A DNA stretch of 64,000 bases, taken from assembly GCA_965279165.1 (NCBI GenBank), contig OZ257140.1, positions 3,029,669 through 3,093,668 on the forward strand, read 5' to 3'. Origin of the DNA: Bacteroidia bacterium. Its GTDB lineage: Bacteria > Bacteroidota > Bacteroidia > UKL13-3. This document shows, one piece after another, positions 19,385 to 29,628 of this stretch (positions within the stretch are counted from its first letter, which is position 1; every line of letters begins with the position of its first letter). The translations under genes were made by a program, and so were the position numbers. The notes under the pieces are model-generated. The model did not search any database. It had not been told where the DNA came from and was given only the letters and a program-made list of their open reading frames with translations.

Positions 19385-21265
19385 TTAAAATTTAAAGGTT
19401 AAGCCGGTTAAAAAATTTCGCATAGGCATTGGTCTGTCGGGATAAACTACATAGGAGATATTTCCTATATTGTTTATTTCAGCGAAGCAAGAGATACTCA
19501 TTTTTGAGAAAGTAAAATGATAACCGGATTTTAGGTTGCCGATACTAAAATCGTCGGTTGCAGCAGTATTGTCGGCATTGGTATAACGCATGCCGGTGTA
19601 ATATTGAATATAAGATAGATAGAGTTTTTTCCATGTTACACTCCCTTGTATTTGCTGGGTCATACGTGGGATATAAGGCAGTTGGTAATCTAAATGGTTG
19701 GTTGCATTGGTTGTGGTGGATTGGATGAAATTGAACATGTATTGCATGTTGAATCGCATGTGGGTTAAAATAGGGAATTGTATTTTAGCCATGCATTCAA
19801 TTCCCTTGTTGGTAACATGATTCAGATTAACCGGTTTCCAATACGTGCTATCCGGTATCCATTGAATCCAATTGTTGATGTTGCGGTTAAAACCAGTCAA
19901 CATCATTTCGAAATTTATTTGTTTGATTTGCGTATAATACTTCAAGGATATTTCTTCTCCCCAACCTGATTCAGCAGCTAAATTTGGGTTTCCCCCGGGT
20001 GTCCAAAACATTTCATTGAAAGTAGGTACCCGATAGGAACGGTTAATGTTTCCTGCTATCATGATTTGTTTATTCAATTGATAAGAGCACCCCAAGGATG
20101 GCATCACCGGAAGAAATTTGGTGTTGATAAATTCGGTACGAAAACTAAAACCAATGCGAAAAACTTCCTTTTCAGAATGCCATTTCATTGCTATGATTTG
20201 GGCGAAACGATTTCTTCTTTCGTTTTTATAAACTTCTGTAGAGACTTGGTTATAGGTATTGTTCAGGCCAAATGTTACCAATATATGTTGGGGAAGGATT
20301 AGGCTTTTTTCGCATTCTGTATTTTGCGTAAACGTATTGCTTCTGCTGTTTATTGATTTTAACGTATCACTGTAATTAAGTTTGTCGTAAAAAAAGCCGG
20401 TACGCAAGAGCCATGATTGTTTATATCCTTGTTGGCTATATTCTGATGTAAATCGGAGCGATTTATCCGTTTGTTCGGCAGTACTTACGGGAATACTGAG
20501 TGTTGGTGGTATTTGTCGATGGGTTTGTTGTGCCCATATTCTGAAATTAAATTCCGAATTAGCAGTAATCCGAAAGTGATTTTCGGAAATAATAGCTTGC
20601 TGGTTTACCAAAGCATGGGTTTGCTTTTGTTCCGGATTTCCTGAAAGATAAGGGTTATGAAAGGTAAAATTGTTGGTAATATTTTGGTTGGTCAATTTGA
20701 GGATATTGTATCTTCTTTTGTTGCCATTGTATACCGATAACATTTGACGTAAATTACCAAAACTGCCTGCTGTAAAATTTATTTCCGCACCTGATTTTAG
20801 CATATAAATCGGATGGCTTCGTATATGTATGGCTCCACCGATTGCGCCGCTGCCATACAAAGCACCATTGCCTCCATATTGCACGGATAATTCATCCCCT
20901 GAGGCCATGGGTATAATAGAAATATCTACCAATCCAAGCATGGGACTTTGCAAGTTAAAACCATTCCATAAAAGTGCAGTATGTTCAGCACCTGTTCCCC
21001 GCAGAGAAGGGGTTGCAATATTGCCGGGTCCGTAGTTTTTAACAAATACTTGTGTTTGTTCCGTAAGTACATCGGAAAGCGTATGAGCACTTGAAATAAC
21101 CAGTTGTAAGGAATCGAGCGCAAGCGATTTTTCTCCAATCCCGAATTGTTTAAACCTATCGGTATGGATATCAACTTCAGGTAGAAATAAACTATCCTTT
21201 CCTTGGGCAGATACTGCCAACAAGTTCAGAAAATACCATACAGAAGCAACCACAATTTTTTTCAT
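19385..21265 (-). CDS. btuB: TonB-dependent vitamin B12 receptor
   Basis: Plug motif 'SLRG.GAEHT.LLWNG..L.S', 'GALYGSGAIGGAI', 'PGGNPNL..E.G', C-terminal Phe; directly downstream of cobalamin riboswitch. Confidence 0.85.
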   Translation of the reverse strand: MKKIVVASVWYFLNLLAVSAQGKDSLFLPEVDIHTDRFKQFGIGEKSLALDSLQLVISSAHTLSDVLTEQTQVFVKNYGPGNIATPSLRGTGAEHTALLWNGFNLQSPMLGLVDISIIPMASGDELSVQYGGNGALYGSGAIGGAIHIRSHPIYMLKSGAEINFTAGSFGNLRQMLSVYNGNKRRYNILKLTNQNITNNFTFHNPYLSGNPEQKQTHALVNQQAIISENHFRITANSEFNFRIWAQQTHRQIPPTLSIPVSTAEQTDKSLRFTSEYSQQGYKQSWLLRTGFFYDKLNYSDTLKSINSRSNTFTQNTECEKSLILPQHILVTFGLNNTYNQVSTEVYKNERRNRFAQIIAMKWHSEKEVFRIGFSFRTEFINTKFLPVMPSLGCSYQLNKQIMIAGNINRSYRVPTFNEMFWTPGGNPNLAAESGWGEEISLKYYTQIKQINFEMMLTGFNRNINNWIQWIPDSTYWKPVNLNHVTNKGIECMAKIQFPILTHMRFNMQYMFNFIQSTTTNATNHLDYQLPYIPRMTQQIQGSVTWKKLYLSYIQYYTGMRYTNADNTAATDDFSIGNLKSGYHFTFSKMSISCFAEINNIGNISYVVYPDRPMPMRNFLTGLTFKF

Positions 21266-21377
21266 GTTCAAATATTGCAGCAAAGGAAATCAGAGGAGAA
21301 ATAATGGTTTGACCTTACAGGTAATAACTATTATCACTTTGCTTTTTTTCCCGAAAGCTACATGTTTAAAAATGTTG

Positions 21378-21540
21378 GCGGCAGGTCTTCTGACTTGCTT
21401 CATTCCGGATAACCTTCCCATTCGAATTGAACAGTGGTTTGTGTGTTCCGAAACCTATTGAAGCTCACAGCAGCGGGTACTGTTCAGGTTTTTCACCTGA
21501 TTCCCTATTATTCATTTACCTTGAAATAAATGAACCGATA
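21378..21540 (-). ncRNA. Cobalamin (B12) riboswitch
   Basis: Minus strand reads AATAGGGAAtcaGGTGaaaaaCCtgaaCaGtaCCCGCtgCTGTGA...CCACTG...GGGAAGG...AAGTCAGAAGACCTGCC (B12 box), followed by a GCTTTCGGG..AAAGC hairpin. Confidence 0.95.
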
Positions 21541-21547
21541 ACGGAGG

Positions 21548-21555
21548 CAAAGATA
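21548..21555 (-). promoter_or_regulatory. Bacteroidetes housekeeping-sigma -7 element of the B12 operon
   Basis: TATCTTTG on the minus strand just upstream of the riboswitch (consensus TAnnTTTG). Confidence 0.75.
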
Positions 21556-21582
21556 TACAGGATTTTGAAAGGCGGTTAACAT

Positions 21583-22407
21583 TTATTGCACATTTTTTTT
21601 GGATGTGAAACACGAATCCAAGGATCGTTTTAAATTGTTGTGTTTCCGGAATTGCTTTTTTAGTTTAAAATAATGTATGGTATAGTCGCGGAAACGAAGT
21701 AGATAAGCATTGTTAACTGTATATTGATACCGGTCCTTTTGAAAAGCGGTTCCCCGCTTATTTGTTATGCGATAAATTTTTGCCTGGCATTGTTCGTTTG
21801 TGATTTTTTGCATCAAGCATTTGTTTATTTTTTTGTAAACTTTTTCGTTACATTTTATAAATCGTTTAACTTTTTTATGGGCCTTATCCGGCAATAAAAA
21901 ATGCAGGTAATCGTTTCCTACTACATCTCCAATCGACTCTTCAAATTCGTAGGCGATTTTGTATCCGGCCTTTACCAAATGAATATGCATGGCTTCGTGG
22001 AGCATGATAAAGGAAATGGAAATACTATCGTAGTTTAATAAATGACTTGATAAGTAAGAAGCCGAAGTACCGGCAGTTTTATAAAGCAAAACATCGTAAC
22101 CAGCGCGAGAGAAACTATCGGCTTTCCATTCTCCTTTTTTTAAGTCATGGTTATAATAAAAGAATTTACCGGGAGATAGGGAATGAATAGAATCTTTGGA
22201 AGAAACATATAGATAAATATAGGGATTTTCGGAGTTGCTAAATTCTTCGTAAAAGTTATTTGCAGGTTGTATTTTTAACGAATCCTTAATCAATCTGCTG
22301 CAATTGGCAATATGCTGCAACTTTTGTTTGAATTGGGTTGAATCCGTTTGTGCACTTACAAAATGGATGCTGCCTATTAATAATATAAAATATATGATGT
22401 GTTTCAT
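21583..22407 (-). CDS. Exported putative zinc aminopeptidase (HEXXH)
   Basis: Signal peptide; 'HEAMH...FEES' and 'VNNAYLL...Y' resemble the putative aminopeptidase family PF10023. Confidence 0.6.
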   Translation of the reverse strand: MKHIIYFILLIGSIHFVSAQTDSTQFKQKLQHIANCSRLIKDSLKIQPANNFYEEFSNSENPYIYLYVSSKDSIHSLSPGKFFYYNHDLKKGEWKADSFSRAGYDVLLYKTAGTSASYLSSHLLNYDSISISFIMLHEAMHIHLVKAGYKIAYEFEESIGDVVGNDYLHFLLPDKAHKKVKRFIKCNEKVYKKINKCLMQKITNEQCQAKIYRITNKRGTAFQKDRYQYTVNNAYLLRFRDYTIHYFKLKKQFRKHNNLKRSLDSCFTSKKNVQ

Positions 22408-22417
22408 ATGAGGTTAT

Positions 22418-22536
22418 GGGTGCGGTCGTGGTGTGGTTGTGGTGCGGTTGCTTTATTGATTATTGGTGCGGTCTCTTAATTGATTATTGGTGCGGTCGTT
22501 TTATTGTTTATTGGTGCGGTCGCGACCGCACACTAC
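22418..22536. repeat. GTAG-type REP palindrome plus tandem half-site repeats
   Basis: GTGCGGTCGCGACCGCAC palindrome (22514-22531) followed by CTAC; ~25-bp repeats of TATTGGTGCGGTC upstream. Confidence 0.8.
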
Positions 22537-23252
22537 TTCCATGGTAAATCACCAATATGGTGCATAAAACGTTTTATGATTCCGGCTTTGCGGTTGATAT
22601 AGTTGGTTGGACGGGCAGGATTCCATCTTCTGGGATTGGGGAGGCAAGCGGCAATCAATGCCGATTCGCGGGAGGTTAATTTGGAACAATTTTTATGAAA
22701 ATATTTTTGTGAAGCTGCTTCTACGCCATATATACCATCGCCCATTTCAATGATATTGATATACACTTCTAGGATTCTTTTTTTCGTCCAGAGTAATTCA
22801 AGGCATAAGGTGATACAAACTTCCGGTATCTTTCTAATCCAACTACGTTTTGGTGTGAAGAATAAATTTTTTGCTGTTTGTTGGGATATGGTGCTTGCAC
22901 CTCTGAGTTTTTTTCCTCTTTTTAATCCTCGTTCAATCGAGTTTTTTATTTGTTCAAAATCAAAACCATAATGTTGGATAAACTTAACATCTTCGGCAGT
23001 AATCACTGCGAGACAAAATTTTTCAGGCACATTATCAATGCTTCGCCAACTTTTAGTGAGTTGCAACGATTTTCCTTCTGCTACTTGTTCAAACAGTCGA
23101 ACAATATGCAAAGGTGTTATGGGCACAGGCATAACCCGATAAAGTATAATTAACAACAATCCCCACTGACAACTGATAACAATGATTTGTCGGAATCGGT
23201 TAAGCCACTCTTTGATAAACCTGGTTATTTTATTTCCGGATGATTTTGCCAC
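22533..23252 (-). CDS. mtgA: Monofunctional biosynthetic peptidoglycan transglycosylase
   Basis: 'AEDVKF..H.GFD', 'RGASTISQQTAKNLF', 'RILEVYINIIEMG.GIYGVEAA', 'LPNP'. Confidence 0.92.
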   Translation of the reverse strand: MAKSSGNKITRFIKEWLNRFRQIIVISCQWGLLLIILYRVMPVPITPLHIVRLFEQVAEGKSLQLTKSWRSIDNVPEKFCLAVITAEDVKFIQHYGFDFEQIKNSIERGLKRGKKLRGASTISQQTAKNLFFTPKRSWIRKIPEVCITLCLELLWTKKRILEVYINIIEMGDGIYGVEAASQKYFHKNCSKLTSRESALIAACLPNPRRWNPARPTNYINRKAGIIKRFMHHIGDLPWK

Positions 23253-23379
23253 GGTTGCAATGTTAAAGTTTATTAAGGAATGTGAAGGAGGTTTTTTTAG
23301 TTAATTTTCCCGAATGTAGGGTAAACTTTGTGGTTTTGTAGCGTGAATTATACAGGTTGGTAGGATGTTTTAACTTGAT

Positions 23380-23456
23380 CCATAACTCATAACTTATATC
23401 TCATAACTCATAACTTATATCTCATAACTCATAACTCATATCTCATAACTTATAAC
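23380..23456. repeat. Heptamer tandem repeat (CATAACT/CATATCT)n
   Basis: About 11 degenerate 7-nt units in the mtgA / methyltransferase divergent intergenic region. Confidence 0.85.
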
Positions 23457-23484
23457 CATTCCTGTTAATCAATCGTTAACTTGC

Positions 23485-24216
23485 ATGATTATGCGAGGGA
23501 CTGAATTTCAATTTCAGCATTTCACTATTCAGCAAAACAAAGCAGCCATGAAAATTGGAACCGATAGTGTTTTGCTTGGTGCATTTTGTGATTGTAAAAT
23601 TGCAAAGAACATACTCGATATAGGCACAGGTAACGGATTGCTTGCATTAATGTTGGCTCAGAAATCAACGGCAAAGATTGATGCAGTTGAAATTGAAAAA
23701 AATGCAGCCGACGAAGCAAAAGATAATATTTTATATTCTGCATGGAAGGAGAGAATGCATGTTTATCATTCGGATATCAGGGAATTTGTTCCAGTTACAC
23801 GATACGACCTCATCATTACCAATCCACCTTATTATCCTATTACCGATAATGTTGGTATAGCGAACCGCCAACGCAGCATGGCTCGTCACGACAAAGATTT
23901 GCCCTTTTTTGCATTGGTGAACGAAGTTTTATCGAGGCTTACCGAAGAAGGTAAATTCTGGTTAATTTTACCTATTCAAGAAGCAACAACCTTTAAAAAG
24001 TTGGCTGCCGAAAAGGGCTTGCATACCATGAAAGAAATTCAGATTTATGCCAAGGCAAGTAAACTAGCAAACCGAGTTGTATTATGTTTGTCGCGTTTTG
24101 AAGTCCAATTAACCACAAACAGATTTGTAATTTATGAAGAGGACGGTAGTCCGACGGAGGAATATTACGAATTGACCAAAGATTATTATTTGTGGAAACA
24201 GTTATCCGGCAAGTAA
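23485..24216 (+). CDS. yfiC: tRNA1(Val) (adenine(37)-N6)-methyltransferase
   Basis: 'MKIGTDSVLLGA', SAM motif 'LDIGTGNG', 'IITNPPYY', 'R.MARH'. Confidence 0.88.
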   Translation: MIMRGTEFQFQHFTIQQNKAAMKIGTDSVLLGAFCDCKIAKNILDIGTGNGLLALMLAQKSTAKIDAVEIEKNAADEAKDNILYSAWKERMHVYHSDIREFVPVTRYDLIITNPPYYPITDNVGIANRQRSMARHDKDLPFFALVNEVLSRLTEEGKFWLILPIQEATTFKKLAAEKGLHTMKEIQIYAKASKLANRVVLCLSRFEVQLTTNRFVIYEEDGSPTEEYYELTKDYYLWKQLSGK

Positions 24217-24264
24217 TTTAGTAATCGGGCGTTTTATTTGACTACCAAACTAACCTGAAATGTA

Positions 24265-24753
24265 ATGAATATGATCCCTAGAATTGAAAACGTAAACAAC
24301 AAGAAGTTAATAGGAATTCGGTTAACAATGAGTTTAGCCAACAACATGACCGGCGAACTTTGGAGGAGTTTTATGCCAAGACGAAAGGATATATTAAATA
24401 AACTTTCAAACGATATGATTTCTATGCAAGTTTATCAACCAAATTATTTTGCAGATTTTAATCCGACAAATGCATTCGAAAAATGGGCAAGTGTTGAAGT
24501 AAGCAATTTTGATTCGGTGCCTGTTGATATGGAAACATTTACTTTGAACGGCGGGTTATATGCTGTGTTTGATTATAAAGGTTTAAGTACCGACAACAGC
24601 ATCTTCCAATACATTTTTGGAACGTGGTTGCCGGGTTCAGGCTATGATTTAGACGAGAGACCACACTTTGAAGTAATTGGAGACAAGTACAAAAATAACG
24701 ATCCAACTTCTGAGGAGGAAATTTGGATTCCTGTTAAACTTAAAGAAGATTAA
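24265..24753 (+). CDS. GyrI-like small-molecule-binding domain protein
   Basis: 'ELWRSFMPR', 'GGLYAVF.YKG', 'WLP.SGY.LD.RPHFE', 'EEEIWIPV'. Confidence 0.85.
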   Translation: MNMIPRIENVNNKKLIGIRLTMSLANNMTGELWRSFMPRRKDILNKLSNDMISMQVYQPNYFADFNPTNAFEKWASVEVSNFDSVPVDMETFTLNGGLYAVFDYKGLSTDNSIFQYIFGTWLPGSGYDLDERPHFEVIGDKYKNNDPTSEEEIWIPVKLKED

Positions 24754-24839
24754 GGGTTATGTATATTGGCTGATTTGGAGGTTTGAGCCCCAAGCTTGCA
24801 TTTACTTACTATAAAATTAATTCGAAAGAGCAGTAATTG

Positions 24840-26177
24840 TTATTGTTCTAGGCTGGTTCGTTCTTCAAATTCTATCCCATAAAGAGCAAGTTCTTTTAAA
24901 ATCGGGTTGTAGAATTCGGCTGTGGTTGGTATTTGAACACCCCTGGTTTTTATTTTATCCTGCAACAATAGTTTGGCGGCGATTCCCATTGGTAAACCAA
25001 CGGTTTTTGCCATGGCAGTTAGGGTATTGTTTTCGCCTTTAACTACCAATGTGCTGGTATTATAACCATCCAGTTTTTGGTTCTTGTAAACAAAAGCATG
25101 GTGCATGATGATTCTATCTATATCGCCGGGAAACAACTTCCATTTTTCGAGTAAAAGATTTTGCAAAATCATTGCCGGCGTTGCTCCGGGAATGAGTATG
25201 GGTATTGGGTTAAAAATACCCAACCATTTCAATTTTAGAAAAATACTATCATCGGGTTCGATTTTCAGAAAATCCAAAACCCTTTCTTCGAGGTTAATTT
25301 GTTTATTGCCCGGAGTAAAAGCACTGGTTAGTTCCCTGAAGGTTATTTTATGGCTTTCGGGTAGTGTTATGGTGTCATCCGTTAATCCGAGTTTTACCAA
25401 ACAATCCCAAGCTTCGCAAAATCCTTCGCCCCTCATGGTTCCACGCATTACAGTTTTTGCGTTTTCAATGCCATAAGGTTTTAAATAATCCAATGAATCC
25501 CGGTTTGCATAACAATCAAAAACTTCGCCATCGGGTATGGTAATTTGTTCTATTTCATTAAAAATACGGGAAGGAGGGATAAATTTTAATTCACCATTTG
25601 AAAGGTACCTGGCTGTGTTTTGGCCTGCGAGAACCACATTCCTTGGATTCCAAGTAAATTTATAATGCCATGGGTTGTTATCGGATTCTTTGGCAATCAA
25701 ACCTCCGCAATAGGATTTAAAGGAAACGATTTCGCCACCATCCGATTGAATTTTATGAATCATTTTCATGGCACTCATATGGTCGATTCCGGGATCAAGT
25801 CCGCACTCATTTAATAACAAAATGTTAGATTTTAAAGCTTCTACATGCAGGTTTTTCATTTCTTCGGTTACATAAGAAGCCGATATAAAATGTTTGCTAT
25901 GCTTTAGGCATAACTTGGCAACATGGATATGCAGGTTCGGCGGAAGAAGTGAAATTACAAGATCTGTTTTTGTTATGGTTGCCTCCAGTAATGCACCATC
26001 GTTTATGTTTAGCAGTAAAGAATTTCCTTTTGGATGGTTATTGATTTTACTTTCTGCCAGTTGTTGGTTCACATCTCCTACCTGAATCATCCAGTCCTCT
26101 GTATTGGCATGTTCGAGCAAATATTTTATCAGGGAGGAAGATGATAACCCTGCGCCTATGACAAGAATGTTTTTCAT
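24840..26177 (-). CDS. Saccharopine dehydrogenase family protein
   Basis: 'GAGLSS', 'SLLPP..H', 'NECGLDPGIDHMSAM', 'SFKSYCGGL', 'YKFTWNPRNV', 'AMAKTVGLP'. Confidence 0.9.
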   Translation of the reverse strand: MKNILVIGAGLSSSSLIKYLLEHANTEDWMIQVGDVNQQLAESKINNHPKGNSLLLNINDGALLEATITKTDLVISLLPPNLHIHVAKLCLKHSKHFISASYVTEEMKNLHVEALKSNILLLNECGLDPGIDHMSAMKMIHKIQSDGGEIVSFKSYCGGLIAKESDNNPWHYKFTWNPRNVVLAGQNTARYLSNGELKFIPPSRIFNEIEQITIPDGEVFDCYANRDSLDYLKPYGIENAKTVMRGTMRGEGFCEAWDCLVKLGLTDDTITLPESHKITFRELTSAFTPGNKQINLEERVLDFLKIEPDDSIFLKLKWLGIFNPIPILIPGATPAMILQNLLLEKWKLFPGDIDRIIMHHAFVYKNQKLDGYNTSTLVVKGENNTLTAMAKTVGLPMGIAAKLLLQDKIKTRGVQIPTTAEFYNPILKELALYGIEFEERTSLEQ

Positions 26178-26236
26178 AAATAATTATCCAACGAAAACAT
26201 ATGCAAACTACTTTAATTTTCTTAATCTTGAAAAGA

Positions 26237-26725
26237 ATGAAAGAAATTAAGAAAGAATCCAAATTAGTTTGTTACCAAAACATGGATGAGATGGAGGAGG
26301 CGGATTGCTTATTACTGCTTCAGGCAAAGAAATCTGTAAATACAGCATATGCGCCATATTCTAAATTCCAAGTAGGCTGTGCTCTTCGCCTCTCTACCGG
26401 AGAAATTATAACGGGCAGCAACCAAGAAAATCTTGCTTATCCATCCGGATTATGTGCCGAACGGGTAGCTATATTTGCTGCAGGAGCAAAATTCCCTGAT
26501 ACTCCGGTTGTAGCAATGGCCATTACCGTTAAGGCAATGGATTTTGAAGTAACCACACCAATTATGAGTTGTGGCGCTTGTTTACAAAGTATCAGTGAAT
26601 ATGAAATGCGACACAACCAACCGATACGAATGATTTTGCAAGGTGAATCCGGTGAAATTTATGTTGCGGAGGGAACCACCGTTTTTATGCCATTTCAATT
26701 TAGGGTTCCGGAGTGGAAAACCTAA
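26237..26725 (+). CDS. cdd: Cytidine deaminase
   Basis: 'AYAPYS.F.VG', 'GSNQEN.AYPSGLCAERVA', 'SCGACLQ'; likely start MKEIKK at 26237. Confidence 0.9.
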   Translation: MKEIKKESKLVCYQNMDEMEEADCLLLLQAKKSVNTAYAPYSKFQVGCALRLSTGEIITGSNQENLAYPSGLCAERVAIFAAGAKFPDTPVVAMAITVKAMDFEVTTPIMSCGACLQSISEYEMRHNQPIRMILQGESGEIYVAEGTTVFMPFQFRVPEWKT

Positions 26726-27405
26726 AAAAATCGTTTAATAGCATCTGCTATTATTTGCTTATCAATTTTTTCAAATGGATGGGAGGTGTTTGGTAAAACC
26801 CATAATTGAGCATTCGCTAATTTACGGTAAACATGCAGCGTTTCTTCAATGCTCGAAGTATAATCTTTGTCGCCAATTGCCAACAAAACCGGCACTTTTA
26901 TTTTTTCTAAATCTTCATCCAACAAAATTAACTCTTTACTCAATTGATTCATCATCTGGGAGGTCTGATCAATTACCTGTTTCCATAGATTTAATCCATG
27001 TTGCATCATCAGTTGGTTAGCATATCCCGGAACTTTAACCACCATTTTTTCGGCATCCAACATTGAAGTTTCCTTTGCTGTACTTAATGGATCCCAATTA
27101 AATTTCACATTCATGGTAAATATTTTCTCGACCCTGTCAGGATGAAGTTTGGCAAAATACAAAGCAGCATATCCACCCATGCTAAATCCAAAAATATTTA
27201 ATCGGTCAATTTTATGTGCATCGGCATAATGAAGTATATCTATAGCAAATTGGTTGAAATTATATCCGTTTACCGGTATGCTAAATCCTCCATGTCCGGA
27301 AAAATTTATTGACTCGGCATTAAAATCATCTTTTAATAAAGGCAAAACAGTATCGAATTGCATTTTGGTGGCAAGAGCGCCATGCAGCAGCAGTAATGGT
27401 TTCAT
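26722..27405 (-). CDS. Alpha/beta fold hydrolase
   Basis: 'LLLLHG', nucleophile elbow 'GFSMGG', C-terminal His 'TSHPF'. Confidence 0.85.
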   Translation of the reverse strand: MKPLLLLHGALATKMQFDTVLPLLKDDFNAESINFSGHGGFSIPVNGYNFNQFAIDILHYADAHKIDRLNIFGFSMGGYAALYFAKLHPDRVEKIFTMNVKFNWDPLSTAKETSMLDAEKMVVKVPGYANQLMMQHGLNLWKQVIDQTSQMMNQLSKELILLDEDLEKIKVPVLLAIGDKDYTSSIEETLHVYRKLANAQLWVLPNTSHPFEKIDKQIIADAIKRFF

Positions 27406-27941
27406 TTTTTAAATTTGGATTGGTTAAACGAATCAGATTTTCCTTTGGCGATGGATAAGGTTTGCCATTGATTGGATTGAAATAATTTTGCCAAGAAAAC
27501 TATCTGACCAACATGGTAACAATAATGTGCGATTTGGCGGTTGATGGCTTCCATTACGGAATGATCTTCGTTTCTGATTTTTATAATTTTTCCCAGATCA
27601 TTGGGTTGAAGAGGAGTAATTGAGTTGAACAAGCAATTCCATCCAGTTTCCCATTCTTTCATCAGAAATGTTTTGTTGTCGGATGGAAATAAAATAAATT
27701 CATTGTCGCGTTGTCGCCATACTTTCTCTCCATCTTCTATTAAGAAATTGGTCCATCGGCTCTTCATATTTCCGCTCATATGTTTTACGATGATTGCTAT
27801 GCTATTTGATTCGGCATCCGGTGTAAAAAAGAAACCTTTTTCATCCAATTGATCCATGGCTCTTTCTGCCAATAATTTGTATTGATTGAAAATATGAATG
27901 CAAGAGGCGATCCAATTGGTTTCTGTTCTCATTTTGTTCAT
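27402..27941 (-). CDS. DUF1572 (DinB-like) family protein
   Basis: 'NSIA.IVKH.SGNM.SRWT.FL..DGEK.WR.RD.EF', 'HY.YHVGQIV'. Confidence 0.85.
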   Translation of the reverse strand: MNKMRTETNWIASCIHIFNQYKLLAERAMDQLDEKGFFFTPDAESNSIAIIVKHMSGNMKSRWTNFLIEDGEKVWRQRDNEFILFPSDNKTFLMKEWETGWNCLFNSITPLQPNDLGKIIKIRNEDHSVMEAINRQIAHYCYHVGQIVFLAKLFQSNQWQTLSIAKGKSDSFNQSKFKK

Positions 27942-27973
27942 CCTTAACCATTCAAATATACAAAGGTGTTAAC

Positions 27974-28747
27974 TTATTGGTGCAGGAATTCTAGTACGCA
28001 AGATGTAAATTCCTTTGGTTGATCGGCATGTACCCAATGACCTGCATTGCTTATGGTAACCAAATCAGATTGCGGAAAAAGTTGTTTTATACCCGGTAAA
28101 TCTTCTTCTTTCACATAAAGCGATTGCCCGCCACGAACAAACATCGTTGGTATATCAACCGATTGATGGTTGCTAATTGCAGCAATTGCTTGTTCGTATT
28201 CCCGATGCAATAAATCAATATTAAATTTCCATTGAAAACCGGATTCGGTGCGATCCAGACTTTTTAAGATAAATTGTCGGGTACCAAAATCACCTAAATA
28301 AGGAAGCATAGCGGTTTCGGCTTCTTTTCGAGAAGTTATTTGCCCAAGTTTAACATGGAAGATGGCTTCAAAAACAGCATCGTGTGCCCCATGTTGATAT
28401 GCTTTTGGAGCAATATCAACTACAATAAGTTTGTTGATTTTATCCGGATACTGTAAGGCAAATTGCATGGCTACTTTACCACCCATGGAATGTCCCAGAA
28501 GGTTTATTTTTCGTAAATCATGTTGATCCGTAAAATGCAAAATGTCATCTGCCATTAGCGTAATACTATGCGATTGGGTATGTGGTGATTTTCCATGGTT
28601 CCGGAGGTCGATGGCATAAACGGTAAATCCGTTTTTCGACCATTCGGTTGCGAGCGAATGCCAGTTATCCAACGATCCTAAAAATCCATGAAGGATTAAA
28701 ATGGGTTCACCGGATTCTCCATATTTTTTAAAGTTTAAGGTAAGCAT
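27974..28747 (-). CDS. Alpha/beta hydrolase, YbfF-like esterase
   Basis: 'LHGFLGS.DNW', 'DLRNHG.SP', 'GHSMGGK', 'DIAP', 'AGHWVHA'. Confidence 0.88.
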   Translation of the reverse strand: MLTLNFKKYGESGEPILILHGFLGSLDNWHSLATEWSKNGFTVYAIDLRNHGKSPHTQSHSITLMADDILHFTDQHDLRKINLLGHSMGGKVAMQFALQYPDKINKLIVVDIAPKAYQHGAHDAVFEAIFHVKLGQITSRKEAETAMLPYLGDFGTRQFILKSLDRTESGFQWKFNIDLLHREYEQAIAAISNHQSVDIPTMFVRGGQSLYVKEEDLPGIKQLFPQSDLVTISNAGHWVHADQPKEFTSCVLEFLHQ

Positions 28748-28752
28748 ATTTG

Positions 28753-29628
28753 CTACTTTAATATGATGCGTCGGAAGCTTACGCCATAACCGGTAAAAGA
28801 TCCGATAGCTCCGCTCACATTTGATTTTACTTGTACAGGGGTTGAAAAAGGTCCTCCATTATTTGCTGCATTTCCAAAGGATTCCCAGAACAAAAATTCT
28901 GTTCTTCCAACCGATGTAAAATACAAGTTTAAGGTATCATTGTATTTTAAAGGACTGAAAAAAGAGTATGGTCGTTTCCCGTTATTTAAAACGGCATCAT
29001 CAAACAAGCGGGAGAAATCAGCGGTACCCCAACCAATTAAAAAAGGGTTGTAGTTTTTATAACGGAATAACCGGTAATTGTTTTGTTCCGGACCATCGGT
29101 AAATTCAAATGTTACAAACATATTTGTATCTCCTCGTTCTTGGTCGATTTCCTGTCGGTAGAATACCGTATCTATTTCCACAACTTTTGGAATACTTGTT
29201 CTACCGGTAACTCTTTCACCATCCACTTCAATTTCGAGTAAATAGGGAACTCCAACAACCGGTGCAAAAGTTGGATTGAAATAAATTCCGTTGAAACCTC
29301 TCAGAAATTCACTTACTCCGGGAATGGTCGAAATATCCGTTAAAAGAATCCGGTCGGCGGTATTAAAAATGGTATCATTTCCTGTGACGGTTCCCGGTGT
29401 AATATTTACAACGGCATTTGCAACTCCATATAAGGATAAATCAGGATTGAAATAATCGAGTGTACGTGTGATAAAGACATAGTTCAGGTTAGGGAAAAGT
29501 TGGTTAATACTGGCTTCTACTACCAAAGTTTTGTTTCCGGCCGGAAGGTCAACGGTAATTTCTTTTTCACAACCAAGGAACAACATTCCTGTTATTAAAA
29601 ATATAATATGTGTTTTGATATGCTTCAT
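28753..29628 (-). CDS. DUF4249-like lipoprotein, partner of the adjacent TonB-dependent receptor
   Basis: Lipobox LGC-EKEI; 'LVVEA.I'; C-terminal 'SNV.GA.G.F'; TAATG coupling to the TBDR. Confidence 0.75.
   Translation of the reverse strand: MKHIKTHIIFLITGMLFLGCEKEITVDLPAGNKTLVVEASINQLFPNLNYVFITRTLDYFNPDLSLYGVANAVVNITPGTVTGNDTIFNTADRILLTDISTIPGVSEFLRGFNGIYFNPTFAPVVGVPYLLEIEVDGERVTGRTSIPKVVEIDTVFYRQEIDQERGDTNMFVTFEFTDGPEQNNYRLFRYKNYNPFLIGWGTADFSRLFDDAVLNNGKRPYSFFSPLKYNDTLNLYFTSVGRTEFLFWESFGNAANNGGPFSTPVQVKSNVSGAIGSFTGYGVSFRRIILK

Noticed and set aside
21264-21461. 65-aa plus-strand ORF
   Set aside because: Antisense to the riboswitch and btuB leader
24216-24840. GyrI-like gene as an integron-type cassette
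   Set aside because: No clear attC-like inverted repeat could be defined in the flanks
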